The translations under genes and the position numbers were made by a program. 64,000 nt of DNA from contig NW_027272242.1 in assembly GCF_040938485.1 (NCBI RefSeq), positions 496,001 through 560,000 on the forward strand, written 5' to 3'. The notes beneath the pieces were generated by a model that saw only the letters and a list, made by a program, of their open reading frames with translations, was not told the origin of the DNA and did not search any database. Of the stretch, positions 50,474 to 62,731 are shown piece by piece. Within the stretch, counting starts at the first letter, position 1; every line of letters begins with the position of its first letter. The DNA is from Diadema antillarum. Taxonomy: Eukaryota.

Positions 50474-53400
50474 CTGGAGGAACAAAAACACAATGAGTCT
50501 CCTAGACTTCAAGCAATTACTATGGACTACACATCCCGCTAATTTTCAGGTAATTCTTCTACAGAACAAATGTTGATCAAATCAACCTTCTTTCCTGAGT
50601 GTTAATCTAAGTCTCTGGTATTCAGTGTAAGCCTGGAAGATGCATCTTACATTACATTTCCATTTCTTTTGAAGAGTTTATTGAGGTATAAATGGATTAA
50701 ATCTTTCATATCAAACATTGCTTGCTTAGTAAGAGCAACTGTTGTGAGACAGACTGACTGCATATTAGTAGTGCTTTCTTAAGCCCATGTTTCTCCATTG
50801 CAACACAATAAGCCTCATGTAAGATCACTCCAATGTAAAACCTGTGCCAGTTTAATACATGAAAGCAAAGTTCACAGAAGTTTATGGAAGGATAAACCAA
50901 ATGATAAAAAACATTACAGCTTTGGAAGTTATACATTGGTGTGTGAGCAGTTATGAGGCAAGCAAACGTCCATCATCACATCTCACAAAATGTCTACATG
51001 GCGGACTGTGAATTCTTTGCCGATCACCCAGGAACAAATAAACAAGTACCTTATGCCTTCTGATTTCTTGCTTAGAATTAAAGAAAGGATCAGGCACTGA
51101 TCTTAAAGGCCCAGTAGCATGGGGATACTATGGAGTGGGAAGGGCAGCCTGGCTCAAATATATTCAAGAATCCCCGTAATGAATGGTATACTGCTTTATC
51201 ACTGGTCTCTATGTTAGTACACACACAGAATCTCAACTGGAAATGACCGTTACCAATGAACATAAGCTTGATGCACATTTGCGGACGAGAGCTATTCATG
51301 GTTTTCGAATGTACCCTGGTGGACTGCGAATGAAGATCGATCCCTTGGGGCCGCCCATGTCTCCCCAGTCCCACGCTACTTGATCTTCAAGGCTATGTTT
51401 TTCTTCTGCCCAAAGGCAAAAAATAAAGCAGCAAAATGGAATGAAAGACCAATGGGAATAATCTCTCTATGTTAGACATACCGGTTCCTTGATCCCTGAG
51501 TCACCCGTGCCTAGAGAATCCCCTTCTTTCCATCCCATCTTCTTCAGCATCTTGTGGCCCATATTGGTGTCAGATATAGCTCTGTGTGAAGAAACATGCA
51601 AACAAAATAACTAAAAATCAAATCGTGAGAGCCATAGAAATTGCCATCATACATCTTCACTACTAAACAATGTAATCACTGCTTTCATAGTCATCATCAT
51701 TAATGAGCTTTAGATCTGTGAGGCTAATGTTTCAAGCTTGCTAATATCTTTTCATTGTCACTCCAATGTTCATCATCATACTTCTCTTCCAAACCAGCAT
51801 CACCATCATTTTCAGCCAGATGCCATGCAAGCAGCCTGTAAGTCATCTAACATTGTGTACATCTCAGCGTAAAATACCAGTAATAAAAAAAAATGTACTT
51901 TCTCCCCTAATGTTTTGTGCCCTCAAGAAATGATACAAGCCCAACATTTAGGACACTGATGGTAGATGTTGCATTGACAGTCTCGTTATCCAAATGCAAT
52001 GATTATCTCTCCTTCCACACCTGTTAACCGATGCTGGTAGGTCGTCAGGTTGGTATGGGTTGTCGCTGCCGACAGTGACGCGCCTCTCCTCTGCCCGGTC
52101 CTTGTACTCTGCGTTAGTTCGGTGGTGGTCCCTCGTCCCTCCACTGCCAGCCAGCATGTACTTCTTCTTCAGCTTGCGCAGCTCACGCCGCCGCTGCTGT
52201 TCTTTGTCTCCCAGTCCAGCGGAGGTAGCTGAAATGTGATCACATTTGGATGAGGAAAACAGCTGTTAAAGAATCTGTACTTCTTCTACACTTTGATGCA
52301 CTGGTACGTAAATTTATGCCTTCTCTTATCACAGTAACAAAAACATATTAAAATGTCTCAGTGGTATACAGACTCATCTTCCAAATTTCAGAGTCACACA
52401 ACATTATCTTAAAGTTGTTGAAAAGAAATATTTCTTAATGCCATATGACTTCAAGGAGTAAGCATTTGGCAGTAAAAAATGCTCACTTCATTTGCCCACT
52501 CTTAAAGCTTCAAATGTGAACAGGGGTGTTTACCTTCCAACGAGTGCTGTTGTCTAAACATGGCTTGGACCTGACCCGGTTCACACTCATCACATGTCTC
52601 ACTGCCGCGGTGGATATGGATCCGAAGGGTGGTAGTGCCAAAGGTCAGGTAGTCTTTGTGGGAAAGGGGTTGGGGATCACTCTTCACACGCGACTAAAGG
52701 CAAAGGTTTGTAGGATAGAGAAGATTGCAAAAAGACAAACATTTGCTCATGACTTTCTCAACAAATGCTTCTTTATGCTGCAGAAATGTATGATGCAAGT
52801 ATATTTGTAGCAGTAATAAAAATGTACACTCATCAGCAAACTGGCAATGCCTACACTTTACCTTACACAAACTGTTTCTTGTGTTAACTGAAGTTGGCTC
52901 CATCAGTTTCACAAGTTCAGACTACGACCAACAAAAACTGTGAGCCATTTCATATTCATGAAGGTTCTACTCCCATGATATATTTCTTTTTACGCATGTG
53001 AGATAGTATCCATAAAAGCTGTTCTACTCCACTAACTTACACTCAGTATACACGCACACACACAAACACACAAATGCATACACACCATCTGCTTAACACT
53101 TTGTGACTCCATGAAAAAGAAGCAGCTGATTGGAAAGAAGATCACGACCCTAGCCATATTTGTCCATCCAAATGTAGCTTGATCAAATGTACTCCATTTA
53201 CAAACATACCACATCACATTCCCTAGTCATCACTACTTTCAATGAATCATGGCATCAGTGAGTAACAAACACACAAGCACACTGCATTTCTGATTCAAAT
53301 GTTAAATGAAGAAAAAGGTCAATGCGGAGGGAAGGAACTTTCCACAAAGGTCTAATGATGGCTCTCACATTTTGAAAGTTGACAGATTTTGCAGAACAAT

Positions 53401-54126
53401 TTCCCACCCCGTATAAGCACAAAAATCTGTCTGAGGTACCCAAGTTGGAGAATGACACAACCTTCAAGAAAATACATGTACTCACAAAGAAAAAAAAAAC
53501 ATTTCACAAGGCTATTATTCTTCTTTTTCTTTCTTTTTTTCTCCAAGAGTAAATGATACCATGCAATATGAATACATCAGTTCTTCGCAATCATTCTGCA
53601 ATGACCTGCTTGATAAATAGTTGTATCACTGTTGTGTTCATTCTCAGTTTCACTGTGCTCACTGCACAAAAAAATATCCCACATGACTTACAAAAACCTG
53701 TACCAATGTCTATTTACTCAGCCCGTCTTTTCTTTTTTTTTTCAAGAAGCTCAATCTACAACTGTAATCACTGTGAAACTTTTGTATGTTTGTTTGTTTG
53801 TTTGTTTGTTTGTACAGTGTCCGACATTTTCTAGATGGACCATTGGTCATCTACCATACCTTTTGAGTGAGAGGCACTCCATTGAGCACTGTGCCGTTCT
53901 GACTGCCCAGGTCGGTGATGGTGTAGAACCCTTTCTCCTTGTCGTAGGCGATCTGTGCGTGTGTCTTGCTCACCCCGAGCTCCGGCACGAGCAGGATGTG
54001 GTTTGATCCTTCCCTGATAGAGGAACCAGAACGGGAACGGGAATGGGAACAGGAATAGGAACACAAATAAGAATAGCATGTTACAAACAAATTGATGTTT
54101 CCTACATGCTTTACAATGATCCATTT

Positions 54127-54175
<49 letters not shown>

Positions 54176-57100
54176 CCCATATATCTACAGAGAGGTTAAT
54201 GTGAAGACAAGTGTTATACAATTGCAAGTGCTTTATTTCTTTCAGCCGTCTTTATCACAATGAAAATAGATTGCTATTATGTTTCCATAATTTATCCTGA
54301 TGCCAATAAGACATCTTCTGCAGGGAGAGTCTTGGATTTTATTTGAACTTGACAATTTGACGGTTACATATAGTTGGACCCCTTTCACTAGCTTTCATAA
54401 CACAGATAGTAGTATAATACACATAATTTTCTGATACAATTCAAGAATAAATACATATCTTTTCATTAAATGGATTCTATTAACATACATGTAGTTAATA
54501 ATCCTAATTTATGGTTAAATGGTTTATTTTAGCATTATAGTTAACATGTGCTATTGAGGTAAAGAGTTGGATAGATCTATAGAAAATTCATTAATAGCTG
54601 CACAGCACACACATTTTTAGAGTTCTCTTTTGTGTGAAGTAAAACATTCCCCCTACCTGCCAATGGAACCTCCGGTGCATGTGACCACAGCCAATGATCC
54701 AAGTTTCATAGACTCAGATCGAACCACTATCATTCTAATGCAGGGGGGATAATCGACCTTCGTTGCTGTGTAATGAAACAAACAACAAATAGGAAGCCAT
54801 GCTGATGATAGTGAACACAGGATAACAACCAAAACATTTTTACGCAACAAAGACATTACAGCCAAAGACAAATTACAATCCTCTTTCTTTTTCTTCCTCT
54901 ACACATGAGGAAGGTCATTCTGATACACATTTGATTTGCATTTAACAAACCATAATGAGGTTTGTTGCTAAATATTGTAAATAAACATAAGAAATCTACA
55001 CAAGCTAGATGCTAAAACTTATCCAGCACAGGTACATGAGTACCCAATGCCACACAACAAATCACTTCTGTGATATAACATACATACACACACACACACA
55101 CACACATGCACACTTACTCACATTTTAACACCTTTAACACAGAAAGAAGGTAGAACAGGCAAAAAATATTACATCCTTCTCAAATAAGCAGAAACAAACC
55201 TTGTCTTACTACTAGGCAAATTGGACATTCAGAGCAGTTACATCTATCATACTGGTAAGCAGAATTTAGCAAGTAATGTATGTTGATGTATCAACCATGT
55301 CACCAGAGAAAAATGAACAAACAGAAAAACTCTTCTATTCCCAGCTGGTTGCACTTCATCAGACAAACCTTCAACACTCTGGACATCATCCTCATCGTCA
55401 CCAATGACCATGGATTCCTCACTATCGTCTGACCACCCCTCCTCCCCATCTTCACCAGAGTCCATTCGACTCGACGACCGACTCTCAGAGGAGCTCTCAG
55501 AAAGTTCCCCCTCCTCCATTTCGGACTCGTCAGAGTCGAGGACGATGACGTCGGGCAGTTCTTCCCCATCGGCTCTCCTCTCCTCCTCCCCTGCCACCTT
55601 CTTCCGCTTCCTGCTCGACGAGGACTTTCTCCTTCGTCTACGGCGGTGCATGGCCGGGTCTTCCTCGTCGACGATCTCCACAACGTCGTGCCCGTCCCCC
55701 CTCTCTTCACCTTCCTGGGGCTGGCTGCCGACGTCATTTCCGTTCTCGGGATAGTCCTCCGTGGGGCTGGTGATGTCGATGACCTCGCAGGTTGCATCTG
55801 CCGAGGTCGACTGCCTTTCATTGGTTGCAGAGTGCTGCTTTGATGTGTCCGTGTGGTTCCAATTCCATGCCAACACAGGCAGAGGTAATTTGCAGGCAGT
55901 TGTTTGGATGCATTAAGCAGAGGATTGCCAGAGAATGTCGACAGAAATGTGGCATGGTGGAAATTGAGATTGAGAGAAAGAGAGAGCAACAGAGGAAACA
56001 GGAGAATGTATGCAGAGAAGAGAGAAGAAACTCTTTGTGAAATTAGGAGAAGAAGAGCCCAAGTAGGGTTCAGGAATAAAGAGAGACACATGGATTTCAG
56101 GATCAGACAGAAGAATGGGGGCGGGGAGAAAGAGTGGAGTTAATTTGAAGGATAAGAAACAACTTAAAATATAAGGTCGCATGACTTGCAAGTAATGGAC
56201 CAATGTGTCACATGCTGCAGGTATAATGAAATGGGGGGGGGGGTAGAATTAAAAGCATGAACACCTTACGGACACATCAGGTATTTTGCTGTACTTCTGC
56301 ACAATCTTGACACTCACACTTCAAAAGTTCAAATTGAGCCTTCAGCACATGCAAAGATTGGTCCATTACTTTGTGCATCAAACAACTGAAAGTACCTGTA
56401 ATCTGAGGGCTTGGGTGGTAGGAGTAGACTCCTGGTAAAAAGTTTGACTGGGTGCCCCACCCCGAAGACTCATTTAGAGACAGACTTGTTATGCCAGCAA
56501 TAAGTTGCCCCTCCTGCAGAATGAGAATGCAAGAGACCAAACAGTCGTAAGACGCTAGATACTTCAGCTCTCTGCTCATTTTCTAATGCTTTGGTTTGCT
56601 TTCTATTTGTTTGTTGTCGTTTTTTCAAACAAGAGTGTTTCACAGTAAAAGATACATATATGTTGTAGAATTGTAGCAAAAGCAGAGAACTTGTTTCCAT
56701 TTATTCTTTCAAACTGACTTTCCTTTCTGGTGTTTTTTCTATTCACTTCCTGAAGTTCAAAAGCACAGATACAATAATATACTGCATGGCAATTCATGGT
56801 TCTGATCTTGCAAACCATGTGAAACCAGAGCTGACCCCATACAAACACATATTGGTGAGATTTTTTTTTTGGCACAACAGCTTACTGTGGCATAGCAAGT
56901 CTGTAATCCTGACTATCCCGTACTTGGTTTTGGAAGTCCAAGCAACAGCAAAAAAAAAAAAAAAAAAAAAAATCAACTACACATCTGCAGCAATTTATTT
57001 CTTCTGCCTTCGTAGGGTTGACAAAACTAAACAACTGTAGAAATTACTGATGTAAAAAGGCAGACAGACACACACACACACACGCACATATCAAATTACC

Positions 57101-60100
57101 ACATAAAAAGTTGTCTCTTGAAATATTTGATATTTAGTACTGCACTTTCTGACAAATTTGGTTGAAAAAAGATTTCACATCTGATGTATATGACGAAAAC
57201 AGTGTGCTCAAATCCTCAAACCAAAACAGGAGACACACATTGCAATGGTCCTAATACTTAACGTCACTGGGGTGACAAGACCTTGTATTTTGGTGAAAAT
57301 TACTTTTTCAGATTAATGGTCACGTAATCAGTTAAGTGATGTCCTGTCCAAATCCTAGCTGTCTTACCCCCAAAATGAAGCCACCACAGCATGTGAAAAG
57401 AAAGACTATCCCATTCGATGCAGTGCTTTGGCTGCCATGTTTTTTTGCTCTCATGATTATTTGACATTTTGTAGATATGAGGTCTTTTCGCCACAGTGAC
57501 GATAAAGGCACTGTCAATTCAAACACCTGGCAAAGCATCTCGATACGAAATCACCACCACCAACCACGACAAAATAACAAATCTTGCTGCATAACTCACA
57601 TCCTCTCTGTTCTGGTCACGGTTTTTTCTCCTTGACCGTTCCCCTCTATGTCTGTCCCTGTCCCTCCGGCCACCGCCGTGGTTCCTCTGGGCCCCCGACC
57701 GGCCCACGACGACTTCAGGCATCTCGACCCTGGAATGGAACTGGTAAGACTGGGACGGCTCATCATAGTAGTAGTAGATCCCTCGGGCGGGATCGTAGTA
57801 GAGATGATTGTTCTGTGGAAACAGCACAGAGGAACAAAGATGATTTGAAACTTGGAACATTCATAAGCAATATTCTCAAATATAATAGATGATCCCATGG
57901 ACAAACATGAATCCTGACAAGAAATAATGTATAGAAGATATAATAGAAGACTACATATTGGAAAACTTGGCATAATCTACATATTTACTGCAAATCACTG
58001 ATTTCATAGCCAAACCTTCTTTTTTTTTCTTCTACTATTACCTTATTCATTAGGTAATCACAGGTACTAAACAGTCATATAAATGTTCTTTGACAACTGC
58101 AGGGCTTCAGCTGATTTCACGGAAACTATTTTCCACTGCACTGCTCTAGATGACCTTACTGTCAAATAAAGCTTACAACTGGCTCAGTTATGAAGGAAAC
58201 TAGACGTGAAATATATCTTATACAGTCTATTCCTGTTACAACGATGACAGTTACAACGAAAATCTTGTTGCAACGAAGTAAAATTTCAAGTTCCAAAATT
58301 ATCATCTACATATCTTTCTATACATTATTGTTTGGCTATTACAAAATTTTGATACAATGAAATAAAACTGCTGGTCCTGAGGACTTTGTTGTAACAGGAG
58401 TAGCCTGTATCACACTTCCTGAACAGATCACAACCACGTGGCATATACATCTGCAATATACTATGAATATGACTAAAGGCCTACTGAAGAATCACAGTAA
58501 TGGCTGGGTGCACAGTGTAAGATCATAACAAAACAAAACAAAACAAAAAAAATGCAAAGAATATCATGTTGCCACCTACAGGGTCATAGTAGTAGCCAGA
58601 GTTGTAGTCGTAGTACATGCCGCTGGCTTCATCTAAAACCACTCCAGAATGAGCGAGGGCAGCCTCCGCCGTAGCACGCACGCTGTCTGCTATTGACCTA
58701 GATGTTGAAGATGACGAATGCCCCTGTAGGTTAGAAAAGTACAAAGGATCTACTATGCATGACGGTTGTATTCAATTACTTAATAATAAATTACAAATTC
58801 TTGTTGTATGTTGGGTATATGCTAAACACTATATTGTTAGCTTGCCAAATAACATTTGTTGTTAAAAAAGCAGTAAAGACATTTTTACTTTACAGAAGAC
58901 CCATTATTTCTTATGCCAATTACAGCAGTAATCTCTACAGAGGCTCAGTGGAAAACAGCAGTGACTCCACATCTTGACGTACCAGGTTTGAATCCACCAG
59001 GCAGCAGCTGGCCCTAGGCACGGCACATTATCATCACTGCCTGGTCCAACAAGAGGAATTGAAAGCTGTCTGCCACATGTTCGCTCGCTCATATGACTTT
59101 AATTGCACACCTATTGGTAAAATGAACCCGACCTAAACTCTAACTGAGAGTACCGCAAAATTTTCTAGTTCATCCTCCAATGGACAGTTTGCACAACACA
59201 TATTTTCTAAAGCACTTCCTCAGACTAGGAGATTGTTCGAAGTCACAGCTTTTACCTGTGCACTACCTCTGGCTGCCCAATCCCTTGTGCCTGATGATGA
59301 TGATGGTTGATTGGAAGCATTTGAACTCTCTCCAACCTGGTAGACCTCCGCCTGATTGGAAGCTTGCTCATCCTGGATGTGGATGCACTCTGGCTCTGTC
59401 TGGATGCCAATCTCTTGCGTTTCTACGGCAACCATACCTGCTCGCCGGAGGTTGTGCACTTCCTGATGCAGTTTGCCCACCTGAAGTGAATGTCACAATA
59501 CCAGATATTATTGTTCATCAGGACACCAAGTATTGATCAGAAACAACAAACACCAAAAATGATCATGATGATGATAGTATTTACAATGATCATGATTATG
59601 ATGATGTTAGTGATGATGATGATACTACTAAGTACAACTACAACCATCACTACTACTTCTACTACTACTGCTACTACTACAATTACGACCACTACTACTA
59701 CTACTACTACTACTGCTATTAGTAGTTGTAGTAGTTTTACTATTATTACTACATAACATTACACACACAAATAAAAATAACAAAATTCTAGAGGGCCTTG
59801 CTATCTATACAAAAGTGAAAATTTCCCCTCAAGCTGTCATTAGAATAGCAAGACTGCCTACCTGCTGTGTGAGGGCAGAGTTTGCCTTCTCCAGATCTTG
59901 CCGTAAGGTCTTCTCTCCCTCCAGCTGCTCTTTCAGCTCACTAATCCTCTGCCTTGCACCATCCAGTGTTGTCACGTCAGGGAGGGCTATCCGGTCGACG
60001 CTGGGCTCGTCTTGCGGTGGGTTTTGTGCCGGGGCATCCTCCATCCTTTCTGAATCTTCTCTCTCCCTAGCTTGTGCTTCCTCTGGGGCTGGCTCTGCAT

Positions 60101-61951
60101 CCCTCATCTCCTCCTCCGGCACTATTCCACCTCTATCATGTGACTGCTCTGGTGGCACATCGGCATCTTTTCCCTCCTGTTCCATCTTCTCCTCACCCGC
60201 CTCTTGCTGAGGCTCAACGTCTGCTGCCGATGTAAGCCCACTCTGTTCTTCCCTGCATCCTTGACCACTTCCACTAGGCTCATTTACATCCCTTCCACCA
60301 GAATCCTCCTCATCATTCCCCGTCTCTGAGCACTGTTCTGGAGCAACATCACATTCATTGTCGACATTGTCACTAGCTTTATTCTGGTCAGCAGGGGTAC
60401 TACCTTGGCCATCACTAGCCTTGTCCAGTTCAACACATTCATCACCAATAATTGGTGGATCATTCTTCCCTCCTCTGCCTTTCTCTTCCTCTTCGTCTGT
60501 TACATCTTCACACTGAGCATGACACAAAAATCATGAGTCAAAGATTCACTGAAAGTTATGATATGAGACATAAATTCATCCATCAGTCAGCAAACAAACA
60601 AAAACAAAACAAAAACATGATAAGGTATGTTCATACTTAAATCTAGTTCATTTGTTAGAATCAAAGTGCGGAATAGTAAGAGCAGAGGTATGGATGCAAG
60701 TAAAAAAGTAACAAACTCCAACTTCAGGGAGCTCTGGAGAGAACAAACATGTACAAGACATGTAACAGCACATCACACAGGGATCACATTAAAATATCCC
60801 CCGTTGAAAGCTGTGAAATGATAGCTGGGCCGCTGATTGGCTGATCGCCCGGCCGTCCGCTTCCCTGCACAGCGCAGTGTGCGAGATTCACTACTCCATG
60901 GATCGGTGTGGTGTACACAATGCCTTGCACTCAACATGCATGCTTGCCTTCGTGTTACGTAGCGCTTATGGCAGCGACCTCGCTGAAGAGCTCTCGTCAG
61001 TACACAACGCTACACAAGCCATACAATATGGCGACCAATTTGCATTGTGGTGTTGAGCTTCTTATGTGTGTCGCTACCATACATATCGCATGTATTGATA
61101 CACACACACCAACGAACACATCGAACAACTTCACAAATTCACACCTTAAAATCACGTAAAAATATGACTTATCGAATCTCAAACATAACGATAGCTTCAC
61201 TGAATACATGTTTACACCGAAGGTGGAAAATATTTTGCCCAAAATCGAAAATTTGATGTAAATATGCCGAGTTTGGTATCAAACTGTTCGGCTGATAGCG
61301 CTGGAAATCGTCGCGCACATATGCTATAACGTTGTGGGAAAATATGTAAATGACGAGAGTAAAGAGCCAATGATGATGCAGCTTTGGTGTAGCTCCCGAT
61401 TCATGAATGAAAAATGACATCATTGTGATGCATGCGAGGGGAGAAGCGAATTGCACATGCACGGTGTTCAGGGCACGTCACAAGCCATGGTGGGGATATC
61501 CACTGGCACTGCATTCATCTCACAAGATATCAACAAGTGTCATTGGAAAGGTCATATCAGTGCATGGCCCCTAAATCACTGAATTGTATTCTTTATTGCA
61601 ATGTTCACTGAAGAACAAGGAAAAAATACTCTTAGCCTAGTCCATGCTGAACTGAACAGTGAGTGTGCATGAAGGAAGCGCAGCATGATACAGTCACGAC
61701 ATCAGACACCAGAAATCAAACAAGCCAGTCCCACCTATTAACTATGGTGCTAGTGAACTCCTTGATAAATGATAGAATTTACAACACATGTATTGATCAG
61801 AAACTAGCATACTCCATCAAACATGATAACCTATACCTTATTCACATTCCTTCATTTGAACTGTTGTGCATATATTTAATAACTGTATGCCTCAACGTAC
61901 CTCTAAACTTGTCTCTTTTCCCGCGCCTTCGCCTTCTTCAGATTCATCCAT
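49553..61951 (-). CDS. AGGF1: Angiogenic factor with G-patch and FHA domains 1 homologue, spliced: complement(join(49553-50473,51482-51581,52021-52228,52534-52693,53860-54013,54657-54765,55369-55837,[optional exon from 56513],57600-57812,58580-58723,59256-59480,59862-60512,61901-61951)); about 1134 aa without the optional exon
   Basis: Domain order coiled coil - OCRE (YYDYNSGYYYDP/LYYDPARGIYYYYD) - FHA (IGR...VSKTHAQI...DLGSQNGTVLNG) - G-patch (NMGHKMLKKMGWKEGDSLG...GIKEP) matches AGGF1. Splice phases are consistent. The boundaries at 55837 and the 56513 exon are uncertain. Confidence 0.93.
51107..51386. mobile_element. Kolobok-like MITE; related copy about 46193-46476
   Basis: TTAA|AGGCCCAGTAGCATGGG ... 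CCCACGCTACTTGATCT|TCAA; shared tatcactg.tctctatg...acacacag...gaatctc.actgga core. Confidence 0.65.
51482..51581 (-). CDS. AGGF1: AGGF1 exon, G-patch: AISDTNMGHKMLKKMGWKEGDSLGTGDSGIKEP
   Basis: cacag acceptor, GTATGT donor; G-patch consensus. Not in the ORF track. Confidence 0.95.
52021..52228 (-). CDS. AGGF1: AGGF1 exon: RRRELRKLKKKY...EYKDRAEERRVTVGSDNPYQPDDLPASV
   Basis: tttcag acceptor, AG|GTGTGG donor; conserved YKDRA..RR motif. Confidence 0.93.
52534..52693 (-). CDS. AGGF1: AGGF1 exon, FHA end: ...FGTTTLRIHIHRGSETCDECEPGQV
   Basis: ctttag acceptor, GTAAAC donor; resembles FHIHPGSDTCDGCEPGQV. Confidence 0.94.
53860..54013 (-). CDS. AGGF1: AGGF1 exon, FHA core
   Basis: atcag acceptor, GTATGG donor; encodes VPELGVSKTHAQIAYD...DLGSQNGTVLNG. 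Confidence 0.95.
54657..54765 (-). CDS. AGGF1: AGGF1 exon, FHA start: DYPPCIRMIVVRSESMKLGSLAVVTCTGGSIGR
   Basis: cacag acceptor, GTAGGG donor; resembles AGGF1 WPPCIRVIV. Confidence 0.93.
55369..55837 (-). CDS. AGGF1: AGGF1 acidic/Ser-rich exon (VIDITS, VVEIVDEE, VIVLDSD, EMEEGELSES)
   Basis: GC-rich ORF. First AG after an AG-free zone gives 55837; AAG|GTTTGT donor is phase 1, matching the next exon. The 5' boundary is uncertain. Confidence 0.8.
56370..56513 (-). CDS. Candidate AGGF1 cassette exon (EGQLIAGITSLSLNESSGWGTQSNFLPGVYSYHPSPQIT...), ending at 56396 or 56370
   Basis: Strong acceptor (ttctcattctgcag) and open frame. The stronger donor (ends 56396, phase 1) does not fit the phase-0 acceptor at 55837; the weaker AAA|GTAATG donor (ends 56370) does. 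Confidence 0.45.
57600..57812 (-). CDS. AGGF1: AGGF1 exon, OCRE end plus Arg-rich stretch
   Basis: cacag acceptor, GTGAGT donor; encodes NNHLYYDPARGIYYYYDEPSQSYQFHSRVE. Confidence 0.93.
58221..58409. mobile_element. TA-flanked Tigger-like MITE
   Basis: TACAG(T/G)CTA(T/C)TCCTGTTACAAC inverted ends. Confidence 0.75.
58580..58723 (-). CDS. AGGF1: AGGF1 exon, OCRE start: SIADSVRATAEAALAHSGVVLDEASGMYYDYNSGYYYDP
   Basis: ctacag acceptor, GTAGGT donor; 144 nt. Confidence 0.93.
59256..59480 (-). CDS. AGGF1: AGGF1 exon 3 (coiled-coil end, EIGIQTE)
   Basis: ttcag acceptor; CAG|GTAAAA donor, phase 0. Confidence 0.8.
59560..59752. repeat. Compound (ATG)n-(ACT)n repeat in an AGGF1 intron
   Basis: Direct reading. 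Confidence 0.9.
59862..60512 (-). CDS. AGGF1: AGGF1 exon 2: long acidic region then coiled coil (ARQRISELKEQLEGEKTLRQDLEKANSALTQQ)
   Basis: ctcag acceptor, CAG|GTAGGC donor; 651 nt. Confidence 0.85.
61901..61951 (-). CDS. AGGF1: AGGF1 first coding exon: MDESEEGEGAGKETSLE
   Basis: ccaaaATGG start context, GAG|GTACGT donor, phase 0 matching the next exon, next to a CpG-rich region. Confidence 0.75.
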
Positions 61952-61959
61952 TTTGGCTT

Positions 61960-62270
61960 CGGCTCACCTTTACTTCTTTACACGGTAGGTTATAGCTTTT
62001 TCTTACACTTGTACGTCCGAACAAGGCACGGAGATCGCTATCGCGCGGCTTCTTGTTCGTATATCGTTCGCATGCGGGAAACTGCATATCGCGCGCACAC
62101 AACGGATCAGTCAGTGGAGCTGATTGTTCAGTGCTACATGCGTGTGGAGCTCACTGTCAACACAAGCTGGCGCTATTCTACGAAACGTACCGGTAGTGCC
62201 AATCGCGGAGCGAGCGCTGGAATAGAGATTACTGTATCGCAGTGAAATAGATTTACCGATCGTTACGTTA
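61960..62270 (-). promoter_or_regulatory. CpG-rich putative AGGF1 promoter/5' UTR
   Basis: Local CpG excess (cgcgcgg, cgcatgcgg, atcgcgcgc) directly upstream of the start codon in otherwise CpG-poor DNA. Confidence 0.55.
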
Positions 62271-62731
62271 TTTACACATTAGAGTATTTTTTTTTTAATA
62301 TTTACTCCAAGGTCTTAATTGAACTGAGTTCAATAAAAATGCTAACAATGATAATATCAATAAGACACAAAAAGTGACAACACCAAACAGGCAAACAAAA
62401 TCAAATCTACAACGGACTTAATTCGAATGATGAAACAATGATGGATGGATAAACAATATGAGGATTTTAATGTTGACTGCGTTCACTTTGTTCATCCTTT
62501 CTGGTTTTATTTTTCACTACTTGATATCTCTACACTCCTAGATCTGATATCATTTTCATATCTTGGTCATCTATCTAGAAAAACGTGCACATCCAAATTC
62601 ACTGAGGGAGCAAAATTGCCAAGAAGAAGAAAAAAATATCATTGTAAACCTGAAAGCAACCAGAGGATACAGTATAACGCCAATAATGCATTATTGTCTA
62701 TTTCTCTATTCAATCATCTTATATCCATATA

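Noticed and set aside
50075-50542. 155-aa plus-strand ORF
   Set aside because: Antisense shadow of the AGGF1 last exon.
55300-56091. 263-aa minus ORF and 116-aa plus ORF
   Set aside because: Off-frame or antisense shadows of the AGGF1 acidic exon plus the pyrimidine tract.
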